Assembly (NCBI GenBank): GCA_965371725.1 | Contig: CBDUZO010000002.1 | Location: forward strand, 4,210 to 68,209 | Direction of reading: 5' to 3' | Source of the DNA: an uncultured Phycisphaerales bacterium | Lineage (GTDB): Bacteria; Planctomycetota; Phycisphaerae; UBA1845 | Length of the DNA stretch: 64,000 bases | Shown here: positions 1-10,793 of the stretch, piece after piece | Position numbering within the stretch: position 1 is the first letter of the stretch | Layout: every line of letters starts with the position of its first letter | Made by a program: the position numbers and the translations under genes | The notes under the pieces: generated by a model | Seen by the model: the letters and a program-made list of their open reading frames with translations, nothing else | Told to the model about the DNA's origin: nothing | Database searches by the model: none

Positions 1-12
1 CCGGACACGTCG

Positions 13-1368
13 TCAGACGTCCAGCTCTCGCAGCCGCGCCGTGAAGTGTCGCAGTTGTCGCGGCGCCTCCACGATCTCCAGCGGCTTGAGCTTATCACGG
101 TCGGCGTGAACCTCCAAGATGGCTTCCACCACATAATCAAGGTGACTCTGCGTGTAGACCCGCCGGGGGATCGCCAGGCGGGCCAGTTCCATGGCCGGTC
201 GCCGGTCGCCGAACATCAGGCTTCCGATCTCCACGGCCCGAATACCGGCGTGGCGGTACAGGCCGCAGACGACTGCCTGCCCAGGGAAATTCTCCTTGCG
301 GATATGTGGGCAAAACGCAGCCGCGTCGATGTAGACGGCGTGACCGCCGGGCGGTTCGATGATCTGTACGCCGCCGGCGAGGAGCTTCTCGCCCAGGTAC
401 TCCACGCTTCGCAGGCGGTAGTGGAGATAATCCTCTTGGAGCACCTCCTCGAAGCCCTGCGCCATGGCCTCCAAGTCACGTCCGGCCAATCCACCGTAGG
501 TCGGGAAGCCCTCGGTGAGAATCAACAGATTCCGCGCCTGGCGGGCCAACTCGGCGTCCCGAAACAACAGGACGCCGCCTATGTTGACGAGCCCGTCCTT
601 CTTGGCACTGATGGTCGCCCCATCCGCCAGGTCAAACATCTCACGCACGATCTGCGGCACGCTGTGGCGATCCTGGTCCGGTTCGCGCTTCTTGATCAAA
701 TAAGCGTTTTCCGCAAAGCGGCATGCATCGAGGAAAAACGGCGTGCGGTGCTTGTCGCACACCTTACGCACCGCCCGGATGTTCTCGAGGCTGACGGGCT
801 GCCCACCGCCGCTGTTGTTGGTCACGGTGAGCATGACCAGCGGGATGCGATCCGGCCCGACTTCTTCAAAAAGCGCTTCGAGCTTTGCTATGTCCATGTC
901 GCCCTTGAAGGGGTGGCGTGACCGGGGGTCACACCCTTCGTCGATCACAAGGTCGACGGCCTTGGCACCGGAATGCTCCACGTTGGCCCGGGTCGTGTCG
1001 AAGTGGTTGTTGTTGGGCACGACCTTGTCCGGTCCGCCCAACACCTCGAAAAGAATCCGCTCGCTGGCCCGCCCCTGGTGCGTGGGAAGAATGTGCTTGA
1101 ACCCGGTCATGCTCGCCAACTGGCTATAGAAGCGGTGGAAGCTCGATGCCCCGGCGTAAGACTCATCGCCCCGCATGATGCCCGCCCACTGCTCGCTGCT
1201 CATCGCGCCGGTCCCGCTATCGGTGAGCAGGTCAATCAGGATGTCCTCGGCGTTGATGGCGAAGACGTTGAACCCGGATCGCTGAAGCACTTTCTCCCGG
1301 TGCTCACGCGTGGTCATCCGGATCGGCTCGACGACCTTGATTCGGAACGGCTCGATGATCGTTTTCAT
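13..1368 (-). CDS. tnaA: Tryptophanase (tryptophan indole-lyase), PLP-dependent
   Basis: Starts MKTIIEPFRIK; DLLTDSGT, PTHQGR and SAKKD (PLP lysine) motifs; HFDTT and LRHFTA favour tryptophanase over tyrosine phenol-lyase. Confidence 0.85.
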   Translation of the reverse strand: MKTIIEPFRIKVVEPIRMTTREHREKVLQRSGFNVFAINAEDILIDLLTDSGTGAMSSEQWAGIMRGDESYAGASSFHRFYSQLASMTGFKHILPTHQGRASERILFEVLGGPDKVVPNNNHFDTTRANVEHSGAKAVDLVIDEGCDPRSRHPFKGDMDIAKLEALFEEVGPDRIPLVMLTVTNNSGGGQPVSLENIRAVRKVCDKHRTPFFLDACRFAENAYLIKKREPDQDRHSVPQIVREMFDLADGATISAKKDGLVNIGGVLLFRDAELARQARNLLILTEGFPTYGGLAGRDLEAMAQGFEEVLQEDYLHYRLRSVEYLGEKLLAGGVQIIEPPGGHAVYIDAAAFCPHIRKENFPGQAVVCGLYRHAGIRAVEIGSLMFGDRRPAMELARLAIPRRVYTQSHLDYVVEAILEVHADRDKLKPLEIVEAPRQLRHFTARLRELDV

Positions 1369-1682
1369 GACAGGGCTCCAGGTAGCCGGCCTCTCCTCCA
1401 CCCCGCGTGCCGATATCGCGCGCCATCGCTCGTGACCGGCACACACGTCAAGTCGCTGTGTATACGTGGCAACTCCGGTGCCATACGTGCCATGGTTGTC
1501 ACACCCGCCACAACTGCTTCGCCCGTCCTCTCCGGCGCCAACGAACACCCCTCATTGACAACGAAGTGTTATTACGGTGCACTCACGGGGTTCCGTTTGC
1601 CATGGCGGCTGCTGGGAGATGGATGTGGCCGCTGCCGGAGCCGATCCCTGGCGGGTCGTAAGTACCCTTGTGAAATAAGGTT

Positions 1683-3014
1683 ATGCCTTTACCTGTCGTG
1701 GCTATCGTTGGTCGACCGAACGTCGGCAAGAGCAGCCTGTTCAACGCCATCTGCCGGCGACGCACGAGCATAGTCGAGCCGACCGCGGGCGTTACCCGTG
1801 ACCGTGTGTCGATGGTCTGCGACATCGATGACGTCTACTTTGAGCTCGTTGACACGGGTGGGCACGGTATCGTCGACCGGGATGACCTCAGTGAACACGT
1901 GGAACGGCAGATCAGGTATGCGATTGATCTGGCCCATCTGGTCCTTTTTGTCGTCGATGCCCGCGACGGGATGACACCGCTCGATCGCAGTACAGCCGAT
2001 CTGCTCCGACGGCACACCGACCGCGTCCGCCTGCTCGCCAACAAGGTCGATGCCCCCCACATGGCGGACGGGATAGGCGAATTCATCAAGCTCGGTTTTT
2101 CCGAACCCCTCCCCGTCAGCGCGGTCACCGGGGAGGGAAGGTCGGGGCTTCTCGAGCTGATACGGGAGTCCGTGGCGGGAATCGCCGACGAGACCCCGGC
2201 TGATCCCGCCATGAAGATTGCCCTTGTCGGCAAGCGCAATACGGGAAAGAGTTCCTTCATCAACGCCCTGGCCGGTGAGGAACGCGTCATCGTCAGCGAG
2301 GTCCCCGGCACGACGCGGGACGCCATAGACGTAAGGTTCGAGAAAGAGGGGCGAATGCTTGTCGCCATCGACACCGCAGGTATCCGGAAGAAAAACAAGA
2401 TCACCGACGACGTCGAGTTCTACGCCCTGACGCGGGCCACGAAATCGATCCGCCGGGCCGACGTCGTGCTCCTGCTGATCGACTCGACCGTTCCCGTGGG
2501 GCAGGTCGACAAGCGGCTCGCCAGACTCATCGCGGAGGAGTTCAAGCCCTGCGTCCTCGTCGTGAACAAGTGGGACCAGGCAAAGGGGAAGGCCTCGTCC
2601 GAGGACTACGGCGAGTACTTGACGAAGGTGCTTCCGGAAATCGCTTACGCGCCGGTTGCTTTCACCTCCGCCATCACGGGGCGGAATTGTTACTCGACGG
2701 TCGATCTGGCGACTGAACTGTTCAAGCAGTCGAAGCTGCGTGTGAGAACGGCCAAGCTCAACGAAACGCTCCAGGAGGCAATCGCCACGGTCAAACCCGC
2801 TCGGAAGCGTGGGCGAAGATCTCCGAAGCTGTTCTACGCCACGCAGGTATCGGTACAGCCTCCGACGATCGTCGTGTTCGTAAACAGCCCGGGCCTAGTG
2901 ACGAGGAGCTTCGAGCGGTTCCTGCTGAACCGTTTTCGGGAGGGTTTGCCGTTTGACGAAATCCCGATACGATTGGCCTTCAGGGCGAGGCGACGACGCA
3001 CGCCCGAGTCCTGA
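1683..3014 (+). CDS. der: Ribosome biogenesis GTPase Der (EngA)
   Basis: Two GTPase domains (GRPNVGKS..DTGG..NKVD; GKRNTGKS..DTAG..NKWD) plus C-terminal KH-like domain. Confidence 0.96.
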   Translation: MPLPVVAIVGRPNVGKSSLFNAICRRRTSIVEPTAGVTRDRVSMVCDIDDVYFELVDTGGHGIVDRDDLSEHVERQIRYAIDLAHLVLFVVDARDGMTPLDRSTADLLRRHTDRVRLLANKVDAPHMADGIGEFIKLGFSEPLPVSAVTGEGRSGLLELIRESVAGIADETPADPAMKIALVGKRNTGKSSFINALAGEERVIVSEVPGTTRDAIDVRFEKEGRMLVAIDTAGIRKKNKITDDVEFYALTRATKSIRRADVVLLLIDSTVPVGQVDKRLARLIAEEFKPCVLVVNKWDQAKGKASSEDYGEYLTKVLPEIAYAPVAFTSAITGRNCYSTVDLATELFKQSKLRVRTAKLNETLQEAIATVKPARKRGRRSPKLFYATQVSVQPPTIVVFVNSPGLVTRSFERFLLNRFREGLPFDEIPIRLAFRARRRRTPES

Positions 3015-3070
3015 GATGGGCGAGGCTGCGACCCTGCAACCGTTTTGCCAAGCGGCGAGAGGATGCTCCT

Positions 3071-3592
3071 ATGAGTATCGAAGTTCATTGTCCGCAATGT
3101 TCCAGGCTGATCCGTGCTCCTGACAGCGCAGGCGGTAAGCGCGGCAAATGCCCTTACTGTGAGACCAGCGTCTATATTCCTCTCCCGGAAAGCGAGGATG
3201 AGGTCATCGGATTGGCACCGATCGACGAGGAGGCAGAGCGGCGCGATGCCGACGCTCGCCGTGAGGCGCTGGAGTACGTTGCCTCGGTTGACAAGGCCAG
3301 GGACTTCAAACCGGACAAGGGCGGAAGCGCAGGCCCGCCGGCTGCGGAAAGCCCCGTTCCACCGGGTGACGTCGTAGATCTCGCCGCCGAGGTCAAGTCC
3401 TTCATCCTGGCCATGCGCGACTCCAGGTTGGAGGAGGCCGACCGTGTCGTCAAGAAGCTCAAGTCAGCCGGTACGCGAGCCCGTGACTACGTTCAGGGCC
3501 TGATGGTCGACGAGATGCCGCCTACGATTGAGAGTGTCCCGCCGCCTTTGATGCAGGGGTTTCTAAAGGCGTTGCTCGAACGGTTAAGCTGA
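3071..3592 (+). CDS. Hypothetical protein with N-terminal zinc ribbon
   Basis: CPQC..CPYC near N-terminus; AGGA upstream; coding-like composition. Confidence 0.7.
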   Translation: MSIEVHCPQCSRLIRAPDSAGGKRGKCPYCETSVYIPLPESEDEVIGLAPIDEEAERRDADARREALEYVASVDKARDFKPDKGGSAGPPAAESPVPPGDVVDLAAEVKSFILAMRDSRLEEADRVVKKLKSAGTRARDYVQGLMVDEMPPTIESVPPPLMQGFLKALLERLS

Positions 3593-3610
3593 TTCGCCCG
3601 TCCGTTCGGA

Positions 3611-4228
3611 TCAGGGGCTGAAGCGCCGAACCTCTTTGTCGGTCACGAGCATGTCAACACGACGATCGAGCGGGCCTACGGGGACCTCGTCAATCACCTG
3701 GTCCTCAAGCGCCAGGGCGCAGGCAACGCCGTCGAACTCCGGATGTGCAAGGAACCGGTCAAAGAATCCGCGCCCCCGGCCCAGCCGGTTCCCGCACGCA
3801 TCGAAGCCAAGTCCCGGCACGATCACCAGGTCGATCATCGAGATGGGAAAGGGTACGCCGGTGAGCGGTTCGCGAATTCCCATGGTCGAGACGGTCAGAT
3901 CCCCGGTGAGGGAACGGATCTCGATCGGCATCATACGGCGCTGGTTCCAGCTCACCTTGGGGGCCAGCACGCGTTTGGAGGACTGCCACGCGCGGAGCAC
4001 GAGCGGCATCGTATCAATCTCGTTGGGTATCGAGAGGAAGACCATGAGCACCTCGGCCTTGATGTATTCGGGCTGCTCGAAGAGCCGATGGCAGGCACGA
4101 AGCGACCTGGCGCCCAACTCCTCGGGCGATAGACCGGATAGGATCTTCCGAAGGCGCTGACGTTGTTCTTTCTTCACCACAACTCGATGACTCGCTCGTA
4201 ACCGCGAAGAACTAGCGACGGCGCTCAT
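3611..4228 (-). CDS. 5-formyltetrahydrofolate cyclo-ligase
   Basis: NEIDT, IVPGLGFD..GNRLGRGRGFFDR motifs; start uncertain (ATG 4228 or GTG near 4180). Confidence 0.9.
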   Translation of the reverse strand: MSAVASSSRLRASHRVVVKKEQRQRLRKILSGLSPEELGARSLRACHRLFEQPEYIKAEVLMVFLSIPNEIDTMPLVLRAWQSSKRVLAPKVSWNQRRMMPIEIRSLTGDLTVSTMGIREPLTGVPFPISMIDLVIVPGLGFDACGNRLGRGRGFFDRFLAHPEFDGVACALALEDQVIDEVPVGPLDRRVDMLVTDKEVRRFSP

Positions 4229-5555
4229 CCGTAGGATCGACTGACCGTCGCGTCCTGGCGAGGTACTCGCGTATGACTGCTTCGGTTCCACGGTCCGTGG
4301 GGCTATAGTAAACTTTCTCGACCCCAAGGCAATCCTCGGGAACGATGCCTCCGTCGGCGTCGTGGGGATACTGGTAACCCTCGCCCGCGCCAAGCCTCTT
4401 CGCTCCGGCGTAACCGGTCGATTTGAGCTTCCTCGGCACGGGCAGGGTCCGCCCCGCCCGCACGTCCTGAGCAGCCTCCCAGATCGCCTTGGCCGAGGCG
4501 TTCGACTTCGGCGCACAGGCAAGGTAGATGGCCGCCTGGGCCAGGGGAAGTTGGCACTCGGGCAGCCCGATCATCTGTGTGGCGTCGGCGGCTGCCTGGG
4601 CCAACACCAGACCTTGCGGATCGGCGTTGCCGATGTCCTCCGCCGCCGCGATCACGATCCGCCGGGCGATGAACCGGGGGTCCTCCCCGGCCTCGAGCAT
4701 CCGGGCAAGCCAATAGACGGCCGCATCCGGATCGCTTGCCCGGATCGACTTGATCATCGCGCTGATCGTGTCGTAGTGGGCATCCCCGGTCCTGTCATAC
4801 TGAATCGCCTTGCGCTGGATGGACTCGGCCGCGGTATCAAGGTCGATCGTCACAGCCACCCCGTCTCCCGCACGGTCCGCCTGTGACAATGCGGCGATCT
4901 CCAGCGCGGTCAGCGCCCGCCGGGCGTCGCCATCCGCCGTTGCGGCCAGGTGATCGAGGGCCTCGTCGCTGATAGCGACTTCGAGACGGCCGAGGCCTCG
5001 CTCCCGATCCGCCAGCGCCCGCCGCATCAGGAGCTTCACGTCGTCGTCGCCAAGCGGTTCGAACTGGAATATCTGGCTTCGCGAGACCAGCGGCGCGTTG
5101 ACGACGAAGAAGGGGTTCTCCGTCGTCGCGCCGATCAGGATGATGATCCCCTCCTCCACGTCAGCCAGCAGAATGTCCTGTTGCGCCCGATTGAACCGGT
5201 GCAATTCGTCTATGAAAAGGATCGTCCGTTGTTCGCCGGTTTCGATATGTTCCCGCGCCTGTGCCAGAATATCGCGTATCTGCTTGACCCCGACGGCCCC
5301 TGCATTGACCTGTTCGAAGCGGGATTTCGTGGTGGCGGCAATCACGTGGGCCAATGATGTCTTGCCGGTACCGGCTGGACCGTAGAACAGCGCGCTGGTG
5401 ATGCGGTCCGCCTCGAGCATTCGCCGGAGCAGCTTTCCAGGCCCGATGAAGCTCTGCTGCCCGACGAACTCATCGAGCGACCTGGGCCGCATCCGTGCCG
5501 CCAGCGGCTCGACATTCGCACGATTCCGCCGCCGCTGATCCGCGAACAGGTCCAT
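4212..5555 (-). CDS. rarA: Replication-associated recombination protein A (AAA+ ATPase)
   Basis: PLAARMRP, GPAGTGKT, FIDELHRFN, GATTENP, HYDTISAMIKS, EDIGNADP. Confidence 0.95.
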   Translation of the reverse strand: MDLFADQRRRNRANVEPLAARMRPRSLDEFVGQQSFIGPGKLLRRMLEADRITSALFYGPAGTGKTSLAHVIAATTKSRFEQVNAGAVGVKQIRDILAQAREHIETGEQRTILFIDELHRFNRAQQDILLADVEEGIIILIGATTENPFFVVNAPLVSRSQIFQFEPLGDDDVKLLMRRALADRERGLGRLEVAISDEALDHLAATADGDARRALTALEIAALSQADRAGDGVAVTIDLDTAAESIQRKAIQYDRTGDAHYDTISAMIKSIRASDPDAAVYWLARMLEAGEDPRFIARRIVIAAAEDIGNADPQGLVLAQAAADATQMIGLPECQLPLAQAAIYLACAPKSNASAKAIWEAAQDVRAGRTLPVPRKLKSTGYAGAKRLGAGEGYQYPHDADGGIVPEDCLGVEKVYYSPTDRGTEAVIREYLARTRRSVDPTDERRR

Positions 5556-5821
5556 GATTCGTCGCAGCCTCCCTTGGAGGCGATGATTATACGAGCGAAA
5601 CGGACCGACGTCGTGGGGGTATGCGTTCAGGAATCCGAGCCCGGCGGGGTCCATTCGCCGACGGATCGCAAGCGATCTGCGTTGCCAACAGCCCGTCAAA
5701 TGCCGATAATCCTGTGGTGAGAGGCGGACGGCACACGGAGGTCACGGGCCGACTCGGCCCCACGGCGGCATAGAGCGTCGCGGTTGGCCCGAGCGACCGT
5801 AGCGGGAACGGAGGTTCATGC

Positions 5822-7645
5822 ATGTGCGGTATCATCGGGTATGCGGGGAGCAGGCCGGCCCTGCCGATTCTTATCGAGGGCCTCCGTCGCCTTGAGTACC
5901 GTGGGTACGACTCCGCCGGTGTCGCCCTGGTCGACGCCAGCGGCGTGACGGTCACAAAGGCGGCGGGTCGTTTCTCCGTGCTCGAGCAGATCGTCGACTT
6001 TTCCGCCCCTCAGACTCACGGTATCGGCCATACGCGGTGGGCCACGCACGGCCCTCCCACCGACATCAACGCCCATCCGCACCAGGACAGCTCGGGGAAG
6101 ATCGCCGTCATCCACAACGGAATCATCGAGAACGATCGCGCCCTTCGCACCTACCTCGAGCAGCAAGGCGTCACGTTCAAGAGCGAAACCGACACCGAGG
6201 TGCTCGCCCAACTCGTTGCTCACTTCTACGACGGCAACCTTGAGAAGGCCGTCCGTCAGGCGCTCCACGAGATATCCGGAACGTATGGGATTGTCGTGGT
6301 CTGTGCTGATGAACCGAACGTGATCGTGGCCGCCAGGAAGGGCAGCCCGCTGATCATCGGCGTGGGGCAACACGAGCATATCATCGCATCCGACGCCTCC
6401 GCCATCCTGGCGCACACGACACAGGTGCTCTACCTGGGTGATGGAGAGATCGCCCGCGTGACCGCCGACAACGTGCGTCTTACGACTCTCGATGCCATGC
6501 CGGTGGCCAAAAACGTGCAAGAAATCGAATGGACCCTCGAACAGATCGAGCTGGCAGGCTACGAGCACTTCATGCTCAAGGAGATATTCGAGCAGCCCGC
6601 GGCACTGGCGAATTGCCTGCGCGGTCGGATCGACCTGCGTGAGGGGATGGTCCACCTGGGCGGGTTGGCTGACTGCTCGCGGGAACTGACCCGAGCACGG
6701 CGCTTCATCTTGACGGCATGCGGAACGGCCTGGCATGCCGCGCTGGTCGGTGAGTATCTGTTCGAGGAGCTCGTCCGCGTTCCCACCGAGATCGAGTACG
6801 CAAGCGAGTTTCGCTACCGCAATCCCATCATCGACGACGGCACGGTAGTTATCGCCGTGTCACAGAGCGGCGAAACGGCGGATACGCAAGCGGCGCTCAA
6901 CGAGGCCAAGCGGCGCGGGGCGTTGACCGTTGGCGTGGTCAACGTGGTTGGCTCGACGATCGCACGGGATACCGACTACGGCGTCTACCTTCACGTAGGC
7001 CCCGAGATCGGCGTCGCGAGCACGAAGGCCTTCACGGGGCAGGTGGCTGTCTTGGCGCTGATGGCCTGTTACCTGGGGCGCCGCAAGCACATGTCGCCCA
7101 CGGCAGCCACGCAATTCATCACGGCCCTTTCGACGATTCCCGATCAGATGAAGCAGGTGCTCGACCGTGCCGACGAAGCCAAGGCCGTCGCCGAGCAGTA
7201 CTGCGAACGGGATAACTGGCTGTACCTCGGCCGGGGGTACAACTATCCCGTCGCGCTGGAGGGGGCGTTGAAGCTCAAGGAGATCAGCTATATTCATGCC
7301 GAAGGCATGCCCGCGGCCGAGATGAAGCATGGACCGCTCGCACTGATCACGAAGGACGCGCCGGTCGTGTGCATCGCCACGTCGGGCATCCAATACGAAA
7401 AGATCCTCAACAACATCTCCGAAGTGCGAACCCGGGGCGCCAGCATCATCGCGATCGCGACGCAGGGCGATACGGAGATCAAGAAGCTGGCGGATCATGT
7501 GCTCTACGTCCCCGACACGATCGAGCCGCTTCAGCCGCTGTTGACGTCGCTACCGCTACAGCTCATCGCCTACCATGCAGCCCTTCTGCGCGGCTGCAAT
7601 GTCGACAAACCACGGAACCTCGCCAAGAGCGTCACGGTGGAGTGA
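5822..7645 (+). CDS. glmS: Glutamine--fructose-6-phosphate aminotransferase
   Basis: MCGIIG start, LEYRGYDSAG, GHTRWATHG, SQSGETAD, PRNLAKSVTVE end; GGAGG RBS. Confidence 0.98.
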   Translation: MCGIIGYAGSRPALPILIEGLRRLEYRGYDSAGVALVDASGVTVTKAAGRFSVLEQIVDFSAPQTHGIGHTRWATHGPPTDINAHPHQDSSGKIAVIHNGIIENDRALRTYLEQQGVTFKSETDTEVLAQLVAHFYDGNLEKAVRQALHEISGTYGIVVVCADEPNVIVAARKGSPLIIGVGQHEHIIASDASAILAHTTQVLYLGDGEIARVTADNVRLTTLDAMPVAKNVQEIEWTLEQIELAGYEHFMLKEIFEQPAALANCLRGRIDLREGMVHLGGLADCSRELTRARRFILTACGTAWHAALVGEYLFEELVRVPTEIEYASEFRYRNPIIDDGTVVIAVSQSGETADTQAALNEAKRRGALTVGVVNVVGSTIARDTDYGVYLHVGPEIGVASTKAFTGQVAVLALMACYLGRRKHMSPTAATQFITALSTIPDQMKQVLDRADEAKAVAEQYCERDNWLYLGRGYNYPVALEGALKLKEISYIHAEGMPAAEMKHGPLALITKDAPVVCIATSGIQYEKILNNISEVRTRGASIIAIATQGDTEIKKLADHVLYVPDTIEPLQPLLTSLPLQLIAYHAALLRGCNVDKPRNLAKSVTVE

Positions 7646-7853
7646 GGCTCGCTTACAAATTCCACGAGCCGTCGCCGAAGTGAAGGCGTCGGAATGCCTC
7701 ATAGGGTGCGCGCAGCGCCGAACGTGGCAGCGTGGGCACAGTCCGTGCGCGTATATCCCGCGGCAATGACTTGCTGAGGGGATTGGGCTGGAGGTTTCTT
7801 CTATCAGCTCACGGACAGTCAGACGGTCCCAACACGCCGGCCTTGTGATTCGG

Positions 7854-8340
7854 TCAGCGGGCCAGGAGCACCCGCCCGACCAATCCGCCCGAGCTCGGCG
7901 CAAACACGTACGTCACCGGCCCGTTCGCCCCGCCGCTGTCGCGACGTGTTACCACCTGTACGGCGCCGTACGGGCTCAGTGGCACACCGGTCTGAATAGA
8001 GGCGGTGGACGATTTGATGTCAAGCCAACCGGTGATGATGTCACTCGATTCGATCGCTGTCGCCGACGCGCCGAAGGATGGGTTCAGCGCCGAAAGCGTG
8101 TCGGCCAGGGACGTGGTGTTGCTCGTAAACTGGCTCAGGAGGTAGGAACTGTCGTCACCCATCTGTGCCTTCATCATCGTGTCGCTTACAAGAGCGGACG
8201 CACCCGCGAGCGCGGCGGCGTCGGCGGCCTTTTGCAGGTCCGCCCTTGTGTTGTACATCACACCGATGTCGATGGTCAGCGACGCAAACCCGAGCAAGAC
8301 AAACATGAGCACCAGTGTGTAAACCGCCACGATGGCGCGG
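7854..8340 (-). pseudogene. Truncated TadG/Tad-domain pilus assembly protein
   Basis: TM segment then IDIGVMY..RADLQKAADAAALAGA (Tad N-terminal motif); no convincing start or RBS, abuts a MITE, ends early. Confidence 0.6.
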
Positions 8341-8369
8341 CCTGCTCCCTCTCCTTCTTCCTCTTAATA

Positions 8370-8648
8370 TGGTTCTCCTCCCGAAAAGTTACTGGGAGGA
8401 GGCCGGATCGTAAGGTCTTGCGCCATCGTGCCTAAGGACACAATCCGCGTTTGGTCCTGCGGCTCGGGACCCTTTCGGCCGTCGCTCGCCCTGTCCGAGC
8501 GGAGCGAGTGGGCGATGGCCGATAGGGTGGGACGCAGGCCGCCTGCGGACGGGTTCCCCGAGGCCCGAGTTCTCCGAAAACCGGGAGAATCGGCGGTTTT
8601 AGGGGCAGGAAGGCTTTGTCGCTCAGTAACTTTTCGGGAGGAGAACCA
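8370..8648. mobile_element. Non-autonomous MITE-like element, ~279 bp, perfect 25-bp terminal inverted repeats
   Basis: TGGTTCTCCTCCCGAAAAGTTACTG at 8370-8394 and its exact reverse complement at 8624-8648; internal hairpin ~8470-8527; no transposase. Confidence 0.8.
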
Positions 8649-8686
8649 ACGAAAAGGACGGGGCACCAGCATCCGGCCCGTCATGT

Positions 8687-8735
8687 CTTCATCCTTCCGC
8701 CTTCATCCTTCATCCTTCACCCTTCATTCCTCATC
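8687..8735 (+). repeat. Degenerate 7-bp tandem repeat (CTTCATC) x7
   Basis: cttcatc cttccgc cttcatc cttcatc cttcacc cttcatt cctcatc. Confidence 0.8.
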
Positions 8736-10793
8736 TTCGCCCGTCTTACCGAGCAGGTACTTGTCGAACCAGGCGAGGTCCCATTCCATCTTGGCCAACC
8801 GATTCTCACGCGTCGTGAGACCGTGCCCCTCACCGGGATAGACCACCAACTGCGTCGTGACGCCAAGGTATTGATGCAGGGCGCGGAACAGGCCGCGGCT
8901 GTGAGCCGGAGGACAACGCGCGTCGGACCCACCCACGTGAATCAAAGTCGGCGTGGTGACCTTATCCAACCCGAAGATGGCCGATGCCTTGCGATAGGCC
9001 TCGGGCACTTCCCAAGGCAAACCTTGCATATAGTTGACCACATGCCCCGGCGTGTCCTCCGTTCCCCATTGAAGGACCATGTCAATGATGCCGGCGCCGC
9101 TGCTGGCGGCTTTGAACCGATCGGTGCGCGTGATGATGCAGTCGGTCATTAGACCGCCGTTGCTCCAACCCATCACACCAAGCTTGTCCGGATCGGCGAT
9201 ACCGCGCTCGATCATGGCATCGACACCCTTGAAGACGTCCTCAACCTCGATGTCGTTCTCGCGCCCGATCAGGTCCGTCATGAACTTGTCACCGTACCCG
9301 GTCGAGCCGCGGTAGTTCGGGCTCAGCAGGGCATAGCCCTTGGCAGCAAACACCGTCCGGCCGTAAATCCAGAACCGGATGCGGTACTTCGTCGCATCGG
9401 TCGGCCCACCGTGCAGTTCCACAACCATCGGAAGCGGCCCGTCGCCGGGCTTGTAATCGGGCGGAAGCTCGAGAATCCCCTCCACCTCATCGCCATTCGC
9501 ACCTTTCCACGTGACGAGTGATATCTGCGGGAGCTTCCACGTATCAACCTGCGGGTTCGTGTTCGTGATACGATCGTACTTACCCGACTTCGATACGAGG
9601 AAGATGTCGCGCATGTGCTCGATCGTGCTCATCACGACCGCCAGGTTCTTCCCGGCGGGGTCAAAGCTGAACGCCGTGGCCACGATGTCGCCCGGCGTCA
9701 GCGTGCGAACATCGCCCTGGCGCCCTTTGCGAACATCCTCGATGGCATAGACGCGAACGCGGGCCCGCTCCTCACCACGGAAGCACAGGTCGCGCGAGTC
9801 ACCCCGCCATTGAGGCCGACCGCCGGCCAGATCAACACCATCAGGCCGATCCAGTCCCCGCACGGACACTTCCTCGCCGATCCACTCGGCTACAAACGCT
9901 TCGCCGGGATACCCGTCGAATCCAATCGTGAACGCCAACGCCTTGCTGTCCGCCGACCAGGCCGGGTTCTCCACCCAACCATAAGGCGAGGGATGATCCT
10001 TTCTCCACTCCTCGCTCGTCAGGTGTGCGATCTCGCCCGTGTCCATATCGTACACGTCCAGGCGCGACCAACCCTCATTGGTCATAAGTGTATCGTCGGG
10101 CGTGGTGATCATGGCCAACCGCGTCCCATCGGGCGACAATTGCATGTCACGAATGAAACGCTTGTCGTCAACGAGCTTTTTCTCCCACCAGCTTTCCAGG
10201 TCAAGTGACCAGACCTGCGAGTAATCCGTCACACCGCGGCCGTACTCGAGGTCCTTGTACTTCTTCTGAAGGTCCTTCCACTCGTCATCAATGTGTTCGT
10301 CGGACTTGGTGCAGAGCATCGTCTTTCCATCCTTTGACAGGATGAACGAACCGACGCCGTCCTCGGTCCGCGTGACGGGGAACGGCTCGCCGCCGAGGGG
10401 CGACACGCGCCACACTTGGGTCTTGCCGTTGAACGGCGGTTTTTCCTCGCCCGCTCGGGTGAAGCGACCGGTAAAGTAGATGTGTACGCTGTCGGGGCTC
10501 CAAGCGATCGATCGGGCGCCAACACGATCGAACGTAAGCCGCCGGCGCGTCCGCGTGGCAACATCCACCACCCACAGATCGGACGTACGCTTCTGCTTGG
10601 CAGTGCCCCACCGCACTTCGGTATACGCGATGTACTTGGCATCGGGCGAAATCGCGCAGGCTGCGACGGTCCCGATGTCGAAGTAATCCTCCGGTACGAT
10701 ATCATGATCGCGCACCGGCGTATCGGCGACAGCCGGGACAGCACAAGCGACGGCGAACAGACAAAACACGACAATCCTTGATGATGGCTGCAC
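8724..10793 (-). CDS. Secreted S9 family (prolyl oligopeptidase-like) peptidase
   Basis: Signal peptide, beta-propeller repeats (WSPD), HGGP, NYRGSTGYG, GWSNGG nucleophile, D and EGH triad residues. Confidence 0.92.
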   Translation of the reverse strand: MQPSSRIVVFCLFAVACAVPAVADTPVRDHDIVPEDYFDIGTVAACAISPDAKYIAYTEVRWGTAKQKRTSDLWVVDVATRTRRRLTFDRVGARSIAWSPDSVHIYFTGRFTRAGEEKPPFNGKTQVWRVSPLGGEPFPVTRTEDGVGSFILSKDGKTMLCTKSDEHIDDEWKDLQKKYKDLEYGRGVTDYSQVWSLDLESWWEKKLVDDKRFIRDMQLSPDGTRLAMITTPDDTLMTNEGWSRLDVYDMDTGEIAHLTSEEWRKDHPSPYGWVENPAWSADSKALAFTIGFDGYPGEAFVAEWIGEEVSVRGLDRPDGVDLAGGRPQWRGDSRDLCFRGEERARVRVYAIEDVRKGRQGDVRTLTPGDIVATAFSFDPAGKNLAVVMSTIEHMRDIFLVSKSGKYDRITNTNPQVDTWKLPQISLVTWKGANGDEVEGILELPPDYKPGDGPLPMVVELHGGPTDATKYRIRFWIYGRTVFAAKGYALLSPNYRGSTGYGDKFMTDLIGRENDIEVEDVFKGVDAMIERGIADPDKLGVMGWSNGGLMTDCIITRTDRFKAASSGAGIIDMVLQWGTEDTPGHVVNYMQGLPWEVPEAYRKASAIFGLDKVTTPTLIHVGGSDARCPPAHSRGLFRALHQYLGVTTQLVVYPGEGHGLTTRENRLAKMEWDLAWFDKYLLGKTGEDEE

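Noticed and set aside
5560-5821. glmS ribozyme
   Set aside because: No recognisable conserved core; looks like a divergent promoter region.
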